From an uncultured Prevotella sp. (GTDB taxonomy: Bacteria > Bacteroidota > Bacteroidia > Bacteroidales > Bacteroidaceae), in contig CAZDOH010000003.1 of NCBI GenBank assembly GCA_964507005.1, forward strand, positions 1 to 43,188: 43,188 nucleotides of DNA, in the 5' to 3' direction. Positions 17,404 through 27,346 of the stretch are shown piece after piece (position 1 is the stretch's first letter; each line of letters opens with the position of its first letter). A model generated the notes under the pieces. That model saw nothing but the letters and a program-made list of their open reading frames with translations, was not told where the DNA came from and did not search any database. The position numbers and the translations under genes are program-made.

Positions 17404-17835
17404 TCATTCTGCCTCGCTGACATCGCAACCGATGTACTTGCGGTCTACAACTATAATATAGAACGGCTGTATGGAGTAGCTCATTTTGCTGCCTGTCTTC
17501 ATCGACGACTTGAGCGTGAGTTTGCCGTGGCCGTCGCTTTTGAGGCTCTTGGGCTCCAATTCGGTGGCGGTATCGGTGACGGGCATCACCTTGGCTATTG
17601 CGAAATTCCGCGAAAAGTCAATTTCGGTGGGCTTGCCTTCGGGGCCCATTGTCGTTGCCATGCCGAAGCACCGGTTGAAGTCGGCTTGCGTGCGCAGCTT
17701 CATGTCGCTTGGTACGGCGGCGTTGTTTTTCACGAAATAGTTGCGTGCCACGGTGAAGGCTACGCTTTCGCCGCTGCCGGCGCACGAGGCGAGCAGAAGC
17801 ATCGCCGTGCCGATGATGAAAAACATTCGTTTCAT
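17404..17835 (-). CDS. Small lipoprotein, unknown function; start at MKRMFF
   Basis: Signal plus lipobox LLLASCAGS, 143 aa. A -7 box lies at 17885-17892. Confidence 0.55.
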   Translation of the reverse strand: MKRMFFIIGTAMLLLASCAGSGESVAFTVARNYFVKNNAAVPSDMKLRTQADFNRCFGMATTMGPEGKPTEIDFSRNFAIAKVMPVTDTATELEPKSLKSDGHGKLTLKSSMKTGSKMSYSIQPFYIIVVDRKYIGCDVSEAE

Positions 17836-17884
17836 TGCAGATGAACTTGTAGGTTGCACATTATATAATGAGTCTTAGCAGCGG

Positions 17885-17892
17885 CAAAGATA
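17885..17892 (-). promoter_or_regulatory. -7 box TATCTTTG for the small lipoprotein
   Basis: Exact TAnnTTTG on the minus strand, 50 nt upstream of the ATG at 17835. Confidence 0.45.
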
Positions 17893-17986
17893 TCAAAAAA
17901 GATGTCAGAATTTTTCCGTTTGCCGCCGTTTTGCGGCTGAAATTTACCGAACGTTCACGAAGCTGCCCGTTTATGCCAAAAATTAT

Positions 17987-17994
17987 TATATTTG
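17987..17994 (+). promoter_or_regulatory. -7 box TATATTTG for the OMP gene, possibly also the tricorn-like protease
   Basis: Exact TAnnTTTG, 35 nt upstream of the ATG at 18029. Confidence 0.5.
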
Positions 17995-18028
17995 CAACCG
18001 ATAAACATTTTAACAATTAGCTTCGGTT

Positions 18029-18640
18029 ATGAAGAAAATACTTCTTTCCCTTGTAGCTGCCCTGCTGATGGGCGGAGCTACCACGGCCAGCGCGCAGGTG
18101 AATTTCGGCGTTGTGGCCGGCTTGAACGTTTCGAAACTTTCGTATAAGAGCGACAAGCTCTTCGACTCCTCCAACCGCGCCGGATGGTTTGTAGGCCCCA
18201 AGATGTGGGTGAAAGTTCCCCTTGTGGGCCTCGGCGTGAACGCTGCCGTGGAATACAGCCAGCGGCGTCTTTACGGCGAAGTGAAGAACACGAACGGCAT
18301 GGCTTCGCAGTCGGAATACTACAAGAGCATCGAGATACCCATCAACGTCCGCTACAGCATCGGCCTCGCATCGCTGGCATCGGTATATGCCGAGACCGGT
18401 CCGCAGTTCGGCTTTACGGTGGGCGACAAGACGCCTTCCAACCTCGTGAAGTTCAAGTCGTCGAACATCACATGGAACGTGGGCCTCGGCGTGCGCCTTG
18501 TGAACCATCTTGAAATAGGCGCTGCCTACAACATCGCCCTCAGCAACCTTGGCAAGATAGGGCTTACCGAAATTGCCGACAAGGCTGGCACCGACTTCAA
18601 GTCGAACAGCTGGCAGGTTTCTGCGGCCTACGTGTTCTGA
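18029..18640 (+). CDS. Small outer-membrane beta-barrel (porin-family) protein
   Basis: Signal peptide ending ASAQ. Alternating amphipathic strands and a terminal aromatic residue (SAAYVF). Confidence 0.75.
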   Translation: MKKILLSLVAALLMGGATTASAQVNFGVVAGLNVSKLSYKSDKLFDSSNRAGWFVGPKMWVKVPLVGLGVNAAVEYSQRRLYGEVKNTNGMASQSEYYKSIEIPINVRYSIGLASLASVYAETGPQFGFTVGDKTPSNLVKFKSSNITWNVGLGVRLVNHLEIGAAYNIALSNLGKIGLTEIADKAGTDFKSNSWQVSAAYVF

Positions 18641-18725
18641 TATACCGTAAAATCCACGACATCCCCATTTCCCGGCATTGCTTCGGCAGTTCCGGGAAAA
18701 GGTGTATCTATAAGCATAGCTTGAA

Positions 18726-21700
18726 ATGAGAAAGACAATACCCCTTCTGCTTGCCGCTGCCCTGGCGCTTCCCGCTCACGGCGACGGTGTGCGCCGCTGG
18801 CTGCGCTCTAACGCCATCTCGCCCGACGGCTCGCGCATAGCCTTCGTCTACCGCGGCGACATATTCGTGGTGCCTTCGCAGGGCGGCGATGCACGTCAGA
18901 TAACTTCCAACGCCGGCTACGACACCGACCCCGCATGGTCGAAAGACGGCAAACTCATAGCCTTCTCGTCCGACCGCCAGGGGGGCTTCGACGTCTACGT
19001 CACTTCCGCCGAAGGCGGCACACCCAAACGCCTCACCACACATTCATGCAACGAGCGCGTGGAAACCTTCCTGCCCGACGGACGCATACTCTACCGCGCA
19101 TACTATATGCCTACCGTAGAAGACGGATGCTTCCCGGGGCAGTTCTCGCACCTGTATGCGGTAGACACCGCGGCATCGCGCCCCCGGAAATTCTCGGAGC
19201 TCTACATGACTGGCGTCTCGGTGAATGCCGCAGGCGAAATGCTCTACCAGGACTGCAAGGGCATGGAAGACACATGGCGCAAGCACCACACTTCGCCCGT
19301 TACCCGCGACATTTGGCTCACTGCCGCAGACCCCGCAAAGCGCACCTACCGCAAGCTCTCCGACTATGCCGGCGAATGTCTCAATCCGCAGTGGGCGCCC
19401 GACGGCAAGAGCTACTATTATCTTGAGGAAAGTTCCGGCTCGCTCAATGTGTGGAAACGCAATGTCGACGGCTCGGGAAAGAAGCAGCTTACCTTTTTCA
19501 AGAAGAACCCCGTGCGCTACCTTTCCGTGGCCGACAACGGCACGATGAGCTTCAGCTACAACGGCGACCTCTATACCATGCGCGAAGGCAGCGAGCCGAA
19601 GTTGCTCGACATAAAGATAACGGCAGACTATACCTCGCTCGACCACCGCACCGAAACCATCCGCAGCGGGCTGGGAAGCGTGTCGGTGAGCAAGGACGAG
19701 AAGCTGATAGCCTTCACTGCCCGCGGCGAGGTGTATGTAACCACTCCCGACTACGAAACTTCGAAGCGCATTACCTCCACACCCGAAACCGAGCAGAATG
19801 TGTCTATATCTCCCGACGGCAAGACGCTTGTCTACGACAGCGAGCGCAACGGCGTGTGGGGAATATACAAAACCACAATGCCGCGCAAGGACGACGATAA
19901 CTTCGTGTATGCACGCGAACTCAAGGAAGAGCCGCTTGTGACGGGCAGCGAACCGTGTTTCAACCCCGTAATATCTCCCGACGGCAAGAAGATGGCATAC
20001 TGGGCCAACCGCACCGAACTGCGCGTCTACGACTTCGCTTCGAAAACGTCGCGCACCGTGCTGCCGGCAAAGGAAAACTATTCGTACACCGATTTCGACC
20101 TGGACTTTGAATGGTCGCCCAACAGCAAGTATCTGCTCGCTACCTATATGGGCAACGGCGGATGGAACAATGCCGACGTGGCGCTGGTATATGCCGACGG
20201 CACAAAGGTGGTTGACCTCACCGAAAGCGGATACTCCGACTCGCGGGCCCACTGGGCGCTCGGCGGAAAGGCTGTGGTGTTTGCCAGCGACCGCGACGGA
20301 TACCGCAACCACGGAAGCTGGGGGACGCAGAAAGACGTCTACGTCATGTTCCTCGACCAGGAAGCCTACGACCGCTTCAATATGAGCAAGGAGGAACGCG
20401 AACGCTACGACGCCGCCAAGAAGAAGGCCGAGGAAGACAAGAAGAAAAAGGACGAAGACAAGAAAGACGACAAGAAGGACAATAAGAAGGACGGCAAAAA
20501 AGACTCCAAGCAAAAGAAGAAAGACAGCAAGGACTCCGGAAAGGATTCCGGCAAAGACTCCGACAAGGCTAAGGCTGACAGCGTTGCCGACTTCAAACTG
20601 CTGCTCGAAGGGCGCGAAGACCGCACCGTGCGCCTCACTATGGCATCGTCAATACTCGGCGACTTCGCACTTTCGCCCGACGGCACCAAGCTGTATTACG
20701 TTGCGCAGTATGCCACCAGCAGCGACCTTTATGTGCGCAACCTCGAAGATTTCAGCGAGCGCATCGCCGTGCCGCGCTTCGGCTTCTCGTCGTTCACGGC
20801 TTCTGCCGACGGCAAGAACGTGTATGCCGGCGGCAACAAGATACGCAAGGTGTCGCTCGACAACGGCAACGAGAAGACCATAGAAGTGAAGGCTGACTAC
20901 GACTTCAGCGTGTCGAAGGAAAACGCCTATATCTTCGAGCACGTGGTAAATACGCTCAAGGACCGCTTCTACCGCACCGACATGAACGGCACCGACTGGG
21001 ACTACTATGCCCGCAATTACCGCGCATTCGTTACCGACATAGGCAACAGCTACGACATGGCCGAAATGCTGAGCGAAATGCTGGGCGAACTCAATGCTTC
21101 GCACACCGGCGCCCGCTACCGCGGAACGTACCCCCAGCGGCAGACTGCAAGTCTCGGGGCATTCTTCGATGAGGACTACGACGGCGACGGACTCAAGATT
21201 AAGGAAATTATCGCCCAAGGTCCGCTCGATTTCGTAGGCTGCAAAATCAAGCCCGGCGACATCATAACCCGCATCAACGGCAAGCCTATCGAAAAAGGCA
21301 AGGATTTCTTCCCGCTGCTTGAAGACCTTGCGGGAAAGCACACACTGCTTACGCTCACCAACTCGAAAGGCAAGGGCGAGTACGAGGAAGACGTGAAGCC
21401 CGTGGCAGCGGGGTGGGTGCGCTCGCAACTGCTCTACAACCGCTGGGTTAAGCAGCGCGAGGAACTCGTGGAGAAATATTCCGGCGGCAAGGTAGGCTAT
21501 GTGCACGTGAAGTCGATGAACGCGCCCAGCTTCCGCAAGGTGTTCTCGCGCGTCATGGGCAAGCTGCGCAACAAGGAGGCGCTCGTGGTTGACATACGCA
21601 ACAACGGCGGCGGATGGCTGCACAACGACCTCGGAGTGCTGCTCAGCGGAAAACTTTTCGCCACCTACGAGCCGCGCGGGCAGTTCATAGGCAACGACCC

Positions 21701-22034
21701 CTATATGCGCTGGACAAAACCGTCGGCAGTGGTTATGAGCCAGAACGACTACAGCAACGCCCACGGCTTCCCGTTCATGTACCGCGAACTGGGCATCGGC
21801 AAACTTGTAGGTGCCCCGATGGCGGGAACCATGACCGCCGTGTGGTGGGAAACGCAGGCCAACGGCGAAATCGTGGTGGGAATTCCCGAAGTGGCAGTAA
21901 AGGACCTCCGTGGCAATTACCTCGAAAACCAGGACCTGAAGCCCGATGTGGAAGTGATACCCACGCCCGAACAGGTGCTCTCCGACGACGACGTGCAGGT
22001 GAAGCGTGCCGTAGACCTGCTGCTTGGCAAGTGA
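18726..22034 (+). CDS. Tricorn-like S41 family peptidase (TolB/PD40 beta-propellers + PDZ + S41 domain)
   Basis: 1102 aa. Contains multiple SPDG/PD40 repeats (SPDGSRIAFVY, ISPDGKTLVYDS, ISPDGKKMAYW, LSPDGTKLYYV), a PDZ (GLKIKEIIAQGP...GDIITRINGKPI) and the S41 motif VVDIRNNGGGW. Confidence 0.85.
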   Translation: MRKTIPLLLAAALALPAHGDGVRRWLRSNAISPDGSRIAFVYRGDIFVVPSQGGDARQITSNAGYDTDPAWSKDGKLIAFSSDRQGGFDVYVTSAEGGTPKRLTTHSCNERVETFLPDGRILYRAYYMPTVEDGCFPGQFSHLYAVDTAASRPRKFSELYMTGVSVNAAGEMLYQDCKGMEDTWRKHHTSPVTRDIWLTAADPAKRTYRKLSDYAGECLNPQWAPDGKSYYYLEESSGSLNVWKRNVDGSGKKQLTFFKKNPVRYLSVADNGTMSFSYNGDLYTMREGSEPKLLDIKITADYTSLDHRTETIRSGLGSVSVSKDEKLIAFTARGEVYVTTPDYETSKRITSTPETEQNVSISPDGKTLVYDSERNGVWGIYKTTMPRKDDDNFVYARELKEEPLVTGSEPCFNPVISPDGKKMAYWANRTELRVYDFASKTSRTVLPAKENYSYTDFDLDFEWSPNSKYLLATYMGNGGWNNADVALVYADGTKVVDLTESGYSDSRAHWALGGKAVVFASDRDGYRNHGSWGTQKDVYVMFLDQEAYDRFNMSKEERERYDAAKKKAEEDKKKKDEDKKDDKKDNKKDGKKDSKQKKKDSKDSGKDSGKDSDKAKADSVADFKLLLEGREDRTVRLTMASSILGDFALSPDGTKLYYVAQYATSSDLYVRNLEDFSERIAVPRFGFSSFTASADGKNVYAGGNKIRKVSLDNGNEKTIEVKADYDFSVSKENAYIFEHVVNTLKDRFYRTDMNGTDWDYYARNYRAFVTDIGNSYDMAEMLSEMLGELNASHTGARYRGTYPQRQTASLGAFFDEDYDGDGLKIKEIIAQGPLDFVGCKIKPGDIITRINGKPIEKGKDFFPLLEDLAGKHTLLTLTNSKGKGEYEEDVKPVAAGWVRSQLLYNRWVKQREELVEKYSGGKVGYVHVKSMNAPSFRKVFSRVMGKLRNKEALVVDIRNNGGGWLHNDLGVLLSGKLFATYEPRGQFIGNDPYMRWTKPSAVVMSQNDYSNAHGFPFMYRELGIGKLVGAPMAGTMTAVWWETQANGEIVVGIPEVAVKDLRGNYLENQDLKPDVEVIPTPEQVLSDDDVQVKRAVDLLLGK

Positions 22035-22101
22035 CGTCGGCACGGCAGTGTTCCCGATGCGGGCTTCCGTAGCGCCGGAATGCTGATGTATATATTATAA
22101 T

Positions 22102-22145
22102 GCGTGTGTGTTGGATTTTGCGGTCCGGCACACACGCAATTTTTG
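22102..22145 (+). terminator. Rho-independent terminator of the tricorn-like protease gene
   Basis: gcgtgtgtgttgg/ccggcacacacgc 13-bp stem (2 G-U pairs) with a 10-nt loop, followed by aatttttg. Confidence 0.7.
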
Positions 22146-22428
22146 TGTATAACCATTGTTTTTGCTCCGAAATGCAATGGGTAAATTGCAAAAACGAAGA
22201 AATTATGCGGATGCAGTGTAGTTTTTTGTCGGTAACGTGCGTTTTCCCGAAAAATTATCAATTTGTCATTTTTTAAGCGTTGCATTGCGGTTTGCCGGGT
22301 ATCTGAATTTGTGAAAAAGGCAAAAACTTTCCGCTTTTCTTGACAAATTGACACGCATACGGATAATTATTGTGATTGTGGTTAAAAAAATGTTACGATG
22401 AAAAGTTTTGCGTTTGGGAACAAATGAT

Positions 22429-22436
22429 TAGTTTTG
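22429..22436 (+). promoter_or_regulatory. -7 box TAGTTTTG for the susC operon, with TTTG elements near -33
   Basis: Exact TAnnTTTG. gttttgcgtttg at 22405-22416 is in the -33 position. This implies a leader of about 195 nt before the susC ATG. Confidence 0.45.
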
Positions 22437-22639
22437 CAAAAATGTATAAAAGTCCTTCGTGCATAATTGTATCCGTACGTGTAGCAAATGCAAACCATAA
22501 AAATTGCGTTTCGCGCGTCATAGGGCTTGAAACATAACCGATATCGGCGGAACCGGGCGTGAGCCGGGGCAATCTGCGGTTTGGGGAAAATTAAGAAACA
22601 TCTATTATAACAACTAAGTTTAATCTAAAAAGTAAGATT

Positions 22640-25600
22640 ATGGGTAAAAAATTGATGATGCTTTTATTGGGAGTCTTCTCGTGTCTCCTCGTAAATGCGC
22701 AAGTCAAGACCGTAACCGGACGCGTAACGTCAGCCGACAACGGTGAACCGCTGATTGGCGTGAGCGTAAGCGTGCCCGGCACAACAGTCGGTGTGAATAC
22801 CGACGCCGACGGTCGCTTCACGCTTTCTCACATCCCCGCGTCTGCAAAACAGATTCGCTTCTCGTTCATCGGAATGGAAGCCCAGACGCTCCCTGTAAAG
22901 AATGTGATGAACGTAGCTCTTAAATCCAACGACAAGGTGCTCAGCGGAGTTGTGGTAACTGCTCTTGGCATCAAGCGTTCGGAAAAGTCTCTGGGTTATG
23001 CCGCTTCGTCGATTAAGGCGCAGGACATCACCGAAGTGCGCAGCGCCGATGTAGTTTCGGCATTGCAGGGCAAGGTTGCAGGTGTAACCATCAGCAACAC
23101 TTCTTCCGACCCGGGTGCTTCTACCTCGGTTATCGTGCGTGGCTACAGCTCGCTCGCCGGAAGCAACCAGCCGCTCTTCGTTATCGACGGTGTGCCTATG
23201 GTAAACAAAGCTATTAACTCAAGCGACGAACTGAATCACAACTACGACTTCGGTAACGGTGCCAACGCCATCAACCCCGACGACGTTGACGACATGACCA
23301 TTCTCCGCGGCGCAGCTGCAACCGCACTCTACGGCTCGCGTGCTGCCAACGGCGTTATCATGATTACCACCAAGAAAGGTAAGAAGCGCGAAAAGGGACT
23401 CGGCGTTACATACAACGGCGGTATACAGTTCTCGAATGTGGCTCGCCTTGTTGAAATGCAGAACATGTACGGCCAGGGCGCAAGCGGCGAACACGTAGCC
23501 ATAGAGAACGGCTCGTGGGGTCCCCGTTTCGACGGCGTTGAAAGAGTATGGGGCCGCGTATACGACAACTCGCAGATGGTGAAGAGCTACAAGGCTGTCA
23601 AGAACAACATCCGCGACTACTTCGACACCGGCGTTACCTTCAACAACAGCGTGGCTTTCGACGGCGCTACCGACAAGAGCGACTACTATGTGGCACTCTC
23701 TAACGTGAACAACAACGGCGTATATCCCACCCGTGCCGATGCCTACAACAAGTACACCTTCACTACCAACGGCAGCTACAAGGCTACAAACAAACTCACT
23801 TTCTCGTCGTCGATAAGCTATTCTTACCAGAAGAACAACTTCGTTTCGACCGGCCAGAAACTGAACCCGATCTTCGCGCTTTACAATGTGCCGCGCGATA
23901 TCAGCATCACCGGCCAGAAGGACCTCAGCAACCCGTTCTATGCACCGGGCTACTACTACACTCCCTACAACGCTACCAACCCCTACTACATCCTGAAAAA
24001 CTACCTCGACCAGACTACTACCGACAAACTCTGGGGCAAGTTCCAGGCTGACTACAACATCTTCGACTTCCTGAAGTTCACCTACCGTGTAGGTCTCGAC
24101 TATACCAACAACAAGCAGCGCAACGGTATTCCCAACATGAGCGCGCTTTGGAGCGGAACCCCCAACTGGGAAGATAACTCCGATATAGGCCAGCAGACTG
24201 GTTGGGTTTATACAAGCGACAACCGCTACACCGAAATCAACCAGGACTTCATGCTCAACTTCTCGAAGCCCATCAACCAGGATTTCAACCTCAACGCTCT
24301 TCTTGGTCTCAATACCAACGACGTGAAGCGCACCTTCGCATCGCAGGAAGTTACAGGGCTTGACCTTCCCACATGGTTCAGCACAGCTAACTCGGGAAAA
24401 ACTCCTACTCTTGTCGACAACACTTACCACAAGCGCCTCGTAGGTTTATACGGACAGGTTGAAGGCTCGTACAAGGATATGATATTCCTCACGCTCACCG
24501 GCCGCAACGACTGGTCGTCTACTCTTCCCAAAGACAACCGCTCGTACTTCTATCCCGGTGTAACTGCCAGCTTCGTGTTCACCGAGCTTCTTCCCAAGGA
24601 CGTGAAAGACATTATCTCCTTCGGTAAGTTTCGTGCAGCTTGGGGTAAGACAGGTAACGATGCTGACTGGTATCTTACAAAAACGGTTTACGCCCAGGCA
24701 GCAGCAAGCTCTTCAGGTTTCGGAACAATATCGTTCCCCCTCGCAGGCGTCAATGCATTCACGCTTTCGAACGTGATGGGCAACTCCACCCTCAAGCCCG
24801 AGATGACCACTGAGTTCGAACTTGGTCTCAACATGGCATTCTTCCACAACCGCTTGGCGTTCGACTTCTCGTTCTACAACCGCAACACCAACAACCAGAC
24901 TCTTTCGATGAGCCTTGACAACGCAACAGGTTTCGGCTCGCGCAACGTGAACATCGGTAAGATTCGCAACACCGGTATCGAGCTTTCGCTTACCGGAACT
25001 CCCATCAAGACACGCGACTGGCAGTGGGACCTCAACTGGAACATCTCGCACAACAAGAGCAAGGTGGTGGACCTCTCCTCTGATATTGGCGACGAAGTTC
25101 TCATCTTTGGCTTCAGCGGCGGAACCAGCCTTTATGCAATCAAGGGCCAGCCCCTCGGCGTATACAAGGACCAGAAGCTTGAGCGCGACCCCGAAGGACA
25201 CGTAGTTGTAAGCGCTTCCAACGGTCTCCCCGTCAAGGAAGACAAGTACACCGTTTGCGGCGACATGAACTACAAGTACACCATGGGCTTCGGAACTACT
25301 CTCCGCTACAAGGACTTCGCAATTACTGCAAACATGGAAGTTCGCCACGGCGGCAAGATGTATACCCGCACAAAGGGTACAACTTTCTTCACCGGTATTG
25401 CAAAGCAGACTATCTACAACGACCGCAACCCGTTCATCGTGCCCAACTCCGTGAACAAGGTAACCGCAGCCGACGGAACTGTTTCGTATGTGGAAAACAC
25501 AACGGCTTTGGATTACTCCTACATTCAGACATATTGGGCTGACCAGTACGACTGCGACGCTTCGAACCTCATCAGCCGCTCGTTCGTGAAGCTCCGCGAC

Positions 25601-25828
25601 GTGGTGCTTACTTGGAACGTGCCTGCAAAGTGGATTGACAAGACTTTCCTCACAGGCGCTTCGGTTTCGCTCTTCGGCCGCAACCTGCTTATGTGGACTC
25701 CCAGCGACAACACTTTTGTTGACCCCGAGTCTACCTCGTTCGGCAACGACCTCTCAGGCCAGTTCGGTGAATATGGCGCTAACCCGTCTACACGAACATA
25801 CGGCTTTAACATTAAGCTCAGTTTCTAA
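22640..25828 (+). CDS. susC: SusC/RagA family TonB-linked outer membrane transporter
   Basis: Carboxypeptidase-regulatory-like N-domain (VTGRVTSADNGEPLIGVSVSV), a plug (IVRGYSSLAGSNQPLFVIDGVPM) and a 22-strand-size barrel ending in F. No STN/anti-sigma signalling domain. Confidence 0.93.
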   Translation: MGKKLMMLLLGVFSCLLVNAQVKTVTGRVTSADNGEPLIGVSVSVPGTTVGVNTDADGRFTLSHIPASAKQIRFSFIGMEAQTLPVKNVMNVALKSNDKVLSGVVVTALGIKRSEKSLGYAASSIKAQDITEVRSADVVSALQGKVAGVTISNTSSDPGASTSVIVRGYSSLAGSNQPLFVIDGVPMVNKAINSSDELNHNYDFGNGANAINPDDVDDMTILRGAAATALYGSRAANGVIMITTKKGKKREKGLGVTYNGGIQFSNVARLVEMQNMYGQGASGEHVAIENGSWGPRFDGVERVWGRVYDNSQMVKSYKAVKNNIRDYFDTGVTFNNSVAFDGATDKSDYYVALSNVNNNGVYPTRADAYNKYTFTTNGSYKATNKLTFSSSISYSYQKNNFVSTGQKLNPIFALYNVPRDISITGQKDLSNPFYAPGYYYTPYNATNPYYILKNYLDQTTTDKLWGKFQADYNIFDFLKFTYRVGLDYTNNKQRNGIPNMSALWSGTPNWEDNSDIGQQTGWVYTSDNRYTEINQDFMLNFSKPINQDFNLNALLGLNTNDVKRTFASQEVTGLDLPTWFSTANSGKTPTLVDNTYHKRLVGLYGQVEGSYKDMIFLTLTGRNDWSSTLPKDNRSYFYPGVTASFVFTELLPKDVKDIISFGKFRAAWGKTGNDADWYLTKTVYAQAAASSSGFGTISFPLAGVNAFTLSNVMGNSTLKPEMTTEFELGLNMAFFHNRLAFDFSFYNRNTNNQTLSMSLDNATGFGSRNVNIGKIRNTGIELSLTGTPIKTRDWQWDLNWNISHNKSKVVDLSSDIGDEVLIFGFSGGTSLYAIKGQPLGVYKDQKLERDPEGHVVVSASNGLPVKEDKYTVCGDMNYKYTMGFGTTLRYKDFAITANMEVRHGGKMYTRTKGTTFFTGIAKQTIYNDRNPFIVPNSVNKVTAADGTVSYVENTTALDYSYIQTYWADQYDCDASNLISRSFVKLRDVVLTWNVPAKWIDKTFLTGASVSLFGRNLLMWTPSDNTFVDPESTSFGNDLSGQFGEYGANPSTRTYGFNIKLSF

Positions 25829-25847
25829 AATAAAGAATAGTAACAGC

Positions 25848-27329
25848 ATGAAAAAGATATTTGTATTGTCATTCGTCGCTCTTGCCACACTCTCGAGCTG
25901 TGGTTCGCTCGACATAAACGATAATCCCAACTATGCCAGCAACGTTAGCGCTGACCTTATCATGCCGGCAGTGGAGAACGCTATCGCCACTACAGTAGGC
26001 GACGGCATGTACAACACTGCAGGATTCTTTGTGCAGTATTTCGAGCAGGCTCCTACGAAAAACCAGTACAACAAGTACACATGGTATCAGCTCACCGCTG
26101 ACGACAACATGACCGACCGTTGGTACCGCACCCTTTATGCCGGTGCCCTTCAGGACATCCAGGAAATTCAGGGCAAGACCGAAAATACTGCCGACCTTTT
26201 TGCGGTGCAGACACTCCGCACCTACGCTTTCCAGCTTCTTGTCGACGCTATGGGCGAGACTCCCTACACCGAGGCTCTCCAGGGCTCTAAGATACAGAAG
26301 CCGAAGTACGACAACGGCGAAGTGGTTTATGCCGGTGTTCTCAATGAACTCGACGAGGCTGAAGCCGCTCTTTCTGCCGAAGACAAGATGGCAACCAACG
26401 ACCTTATCGCCGACGGCGACATCAACGAGTGGAAAGGCTTCGCAAACGCTCTGCGCGTGCGCATGTATCTCCGCATGATACAGGCCGGCATCGACGTTTC
26501 AACCTACACCTCCAAGCTCAAGGCTATTGTGGAGAAGGGCGAGTTCTTCAGCGGCGATTTCGAGTTCAATCCTCCTTATTCCGACGAAGCTGAAAAGAGC
26601 AATCCCTGGTATGAAACCAACTATCGTGAGTTGGCTGCGAACCATGTGGCTGCCTATCCTATCATCAGCTACATGAACATCACCAACGACCCGCGTATCT
26701 CCTATTCGTTTGTAAAGGCCACCACCGGCGACAACGAAGGCAAGTATGCCGGTCTCCTTCCCGGTACCCACCTCGAGTCGGGCTATACCTACAAGGACGA
26801 CGGCGTTGTGAGCAGATTCAACTACTATGCCACCAAGCCGGTACCTTTCTTCACCCAGGCTGAACTTCAGTTCCTCCTCGCTGAGGTATACATGAAGTAT
26901 TTCGGCGACGAAGCAAAGGCCAAGGCAGCTTATGAAGCAGGCGTTACCGCCGACTTTGCAGCGCGCGGAGTCAGCGGCGTGAGCGAGTTCCTCGCACAGA
27001 GCCGCACTTCGTGGGATGCCCAGAACGGCAACGATGCAAAACTCAACCTTGTGTATATGCAGAAGTGGGTTGCACTTCTCTATATGGACCACATGGAGGC
27101 TTGGTCGGAGCAGCGCCGTACAAATGTTCCCTCGTGGGGCATCAGCGCCAAGGAATTCGAAGCCGACCAGACAAAGTATGTGGCAGGCACACTTATCTAT
27201 CCTTACCGCAACGACCTCGGCACAAAGGCTGTTCCCGTGCGTGCGTTCTACTCAACGGCTAGCAAGAACATCAATTCGAATGTTCCCGACCAGCCGGCTC
27301 TTACTACTCCTGTATTCTGGGATAAATAA
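25848..27329 (+). CDS. susD: SusD/RagB family nutrient-binding lipoprotein; start at MKKIFVLSF
   Basis: Lipobox LSSCGS. TPR-like helical SusD signatures (WKGFANALRVRMYLRM, QFLLAEVY, MQKWVALLYM). Starts 19 nt after susC. Confidence 0.9.
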   Translation: MKKIFVLSFVALATLSSCGSLDINDNPNYASNVSADLIMPAVENAIATTVGDGMYNTAGFFVQYFEQAPTKNQYNKYTWYQLTADDNMTDRWYRTLYAGALQDIQEIQGKTENTADLFAVQTLRTYAFQLLVDAMGETPYTEALQGSKIQKPKYDNGEVVYAGVLNELDEAEAALSAEDKMATNDLIADGDINEWKGFANALRVRMYLRMIQAGIDVSTYTSKLKAIVEKGEFFSGDFEFNPPYSDEAEKSNPWYETNYRELAANHVAAYPIISYMNITNDPRISYSFVKATTGDNEGKYAGLLPGTHLESGYTYKDDGVVSRFNYYATKPVPFFTQAELQFLLAEVYMKYFGDEAKAKAAYEAGVTADFAARGVSGVSEFLAQSRTSWDAQNGNDAKLNLVYMQKWVALLYMDHMEAWSEQRRTNVPSWGISAKEFEADQTKYVAGTLIYPYRNDLGTKAVPVRAFYSTASKNINSNVPDQPALTTPVFWDK

Positions 27330-27346
27330 TATTTGAAACAGTAAAC

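Noticed and set aside
18641-18725. Hairpin tttcccgg...ccgggaaa after the OMP gene, considered as a terminator
   Set aside because: The loop is long and no T-tract follows. The tricorn-like protease gene, 85 nt downstream, lacks its own recognisable promoter, so read-through co-transcription seems as likely.
19044-22043. 489-aa and 464-aa minus-strand ORFs antisense to the tricorn-like protease
   Set aside because: Both lie entirely within a 1102-aa gene that has clear PD40/PDZ/S41 motifs. The translations are low-information and V/A/G/H-rich.
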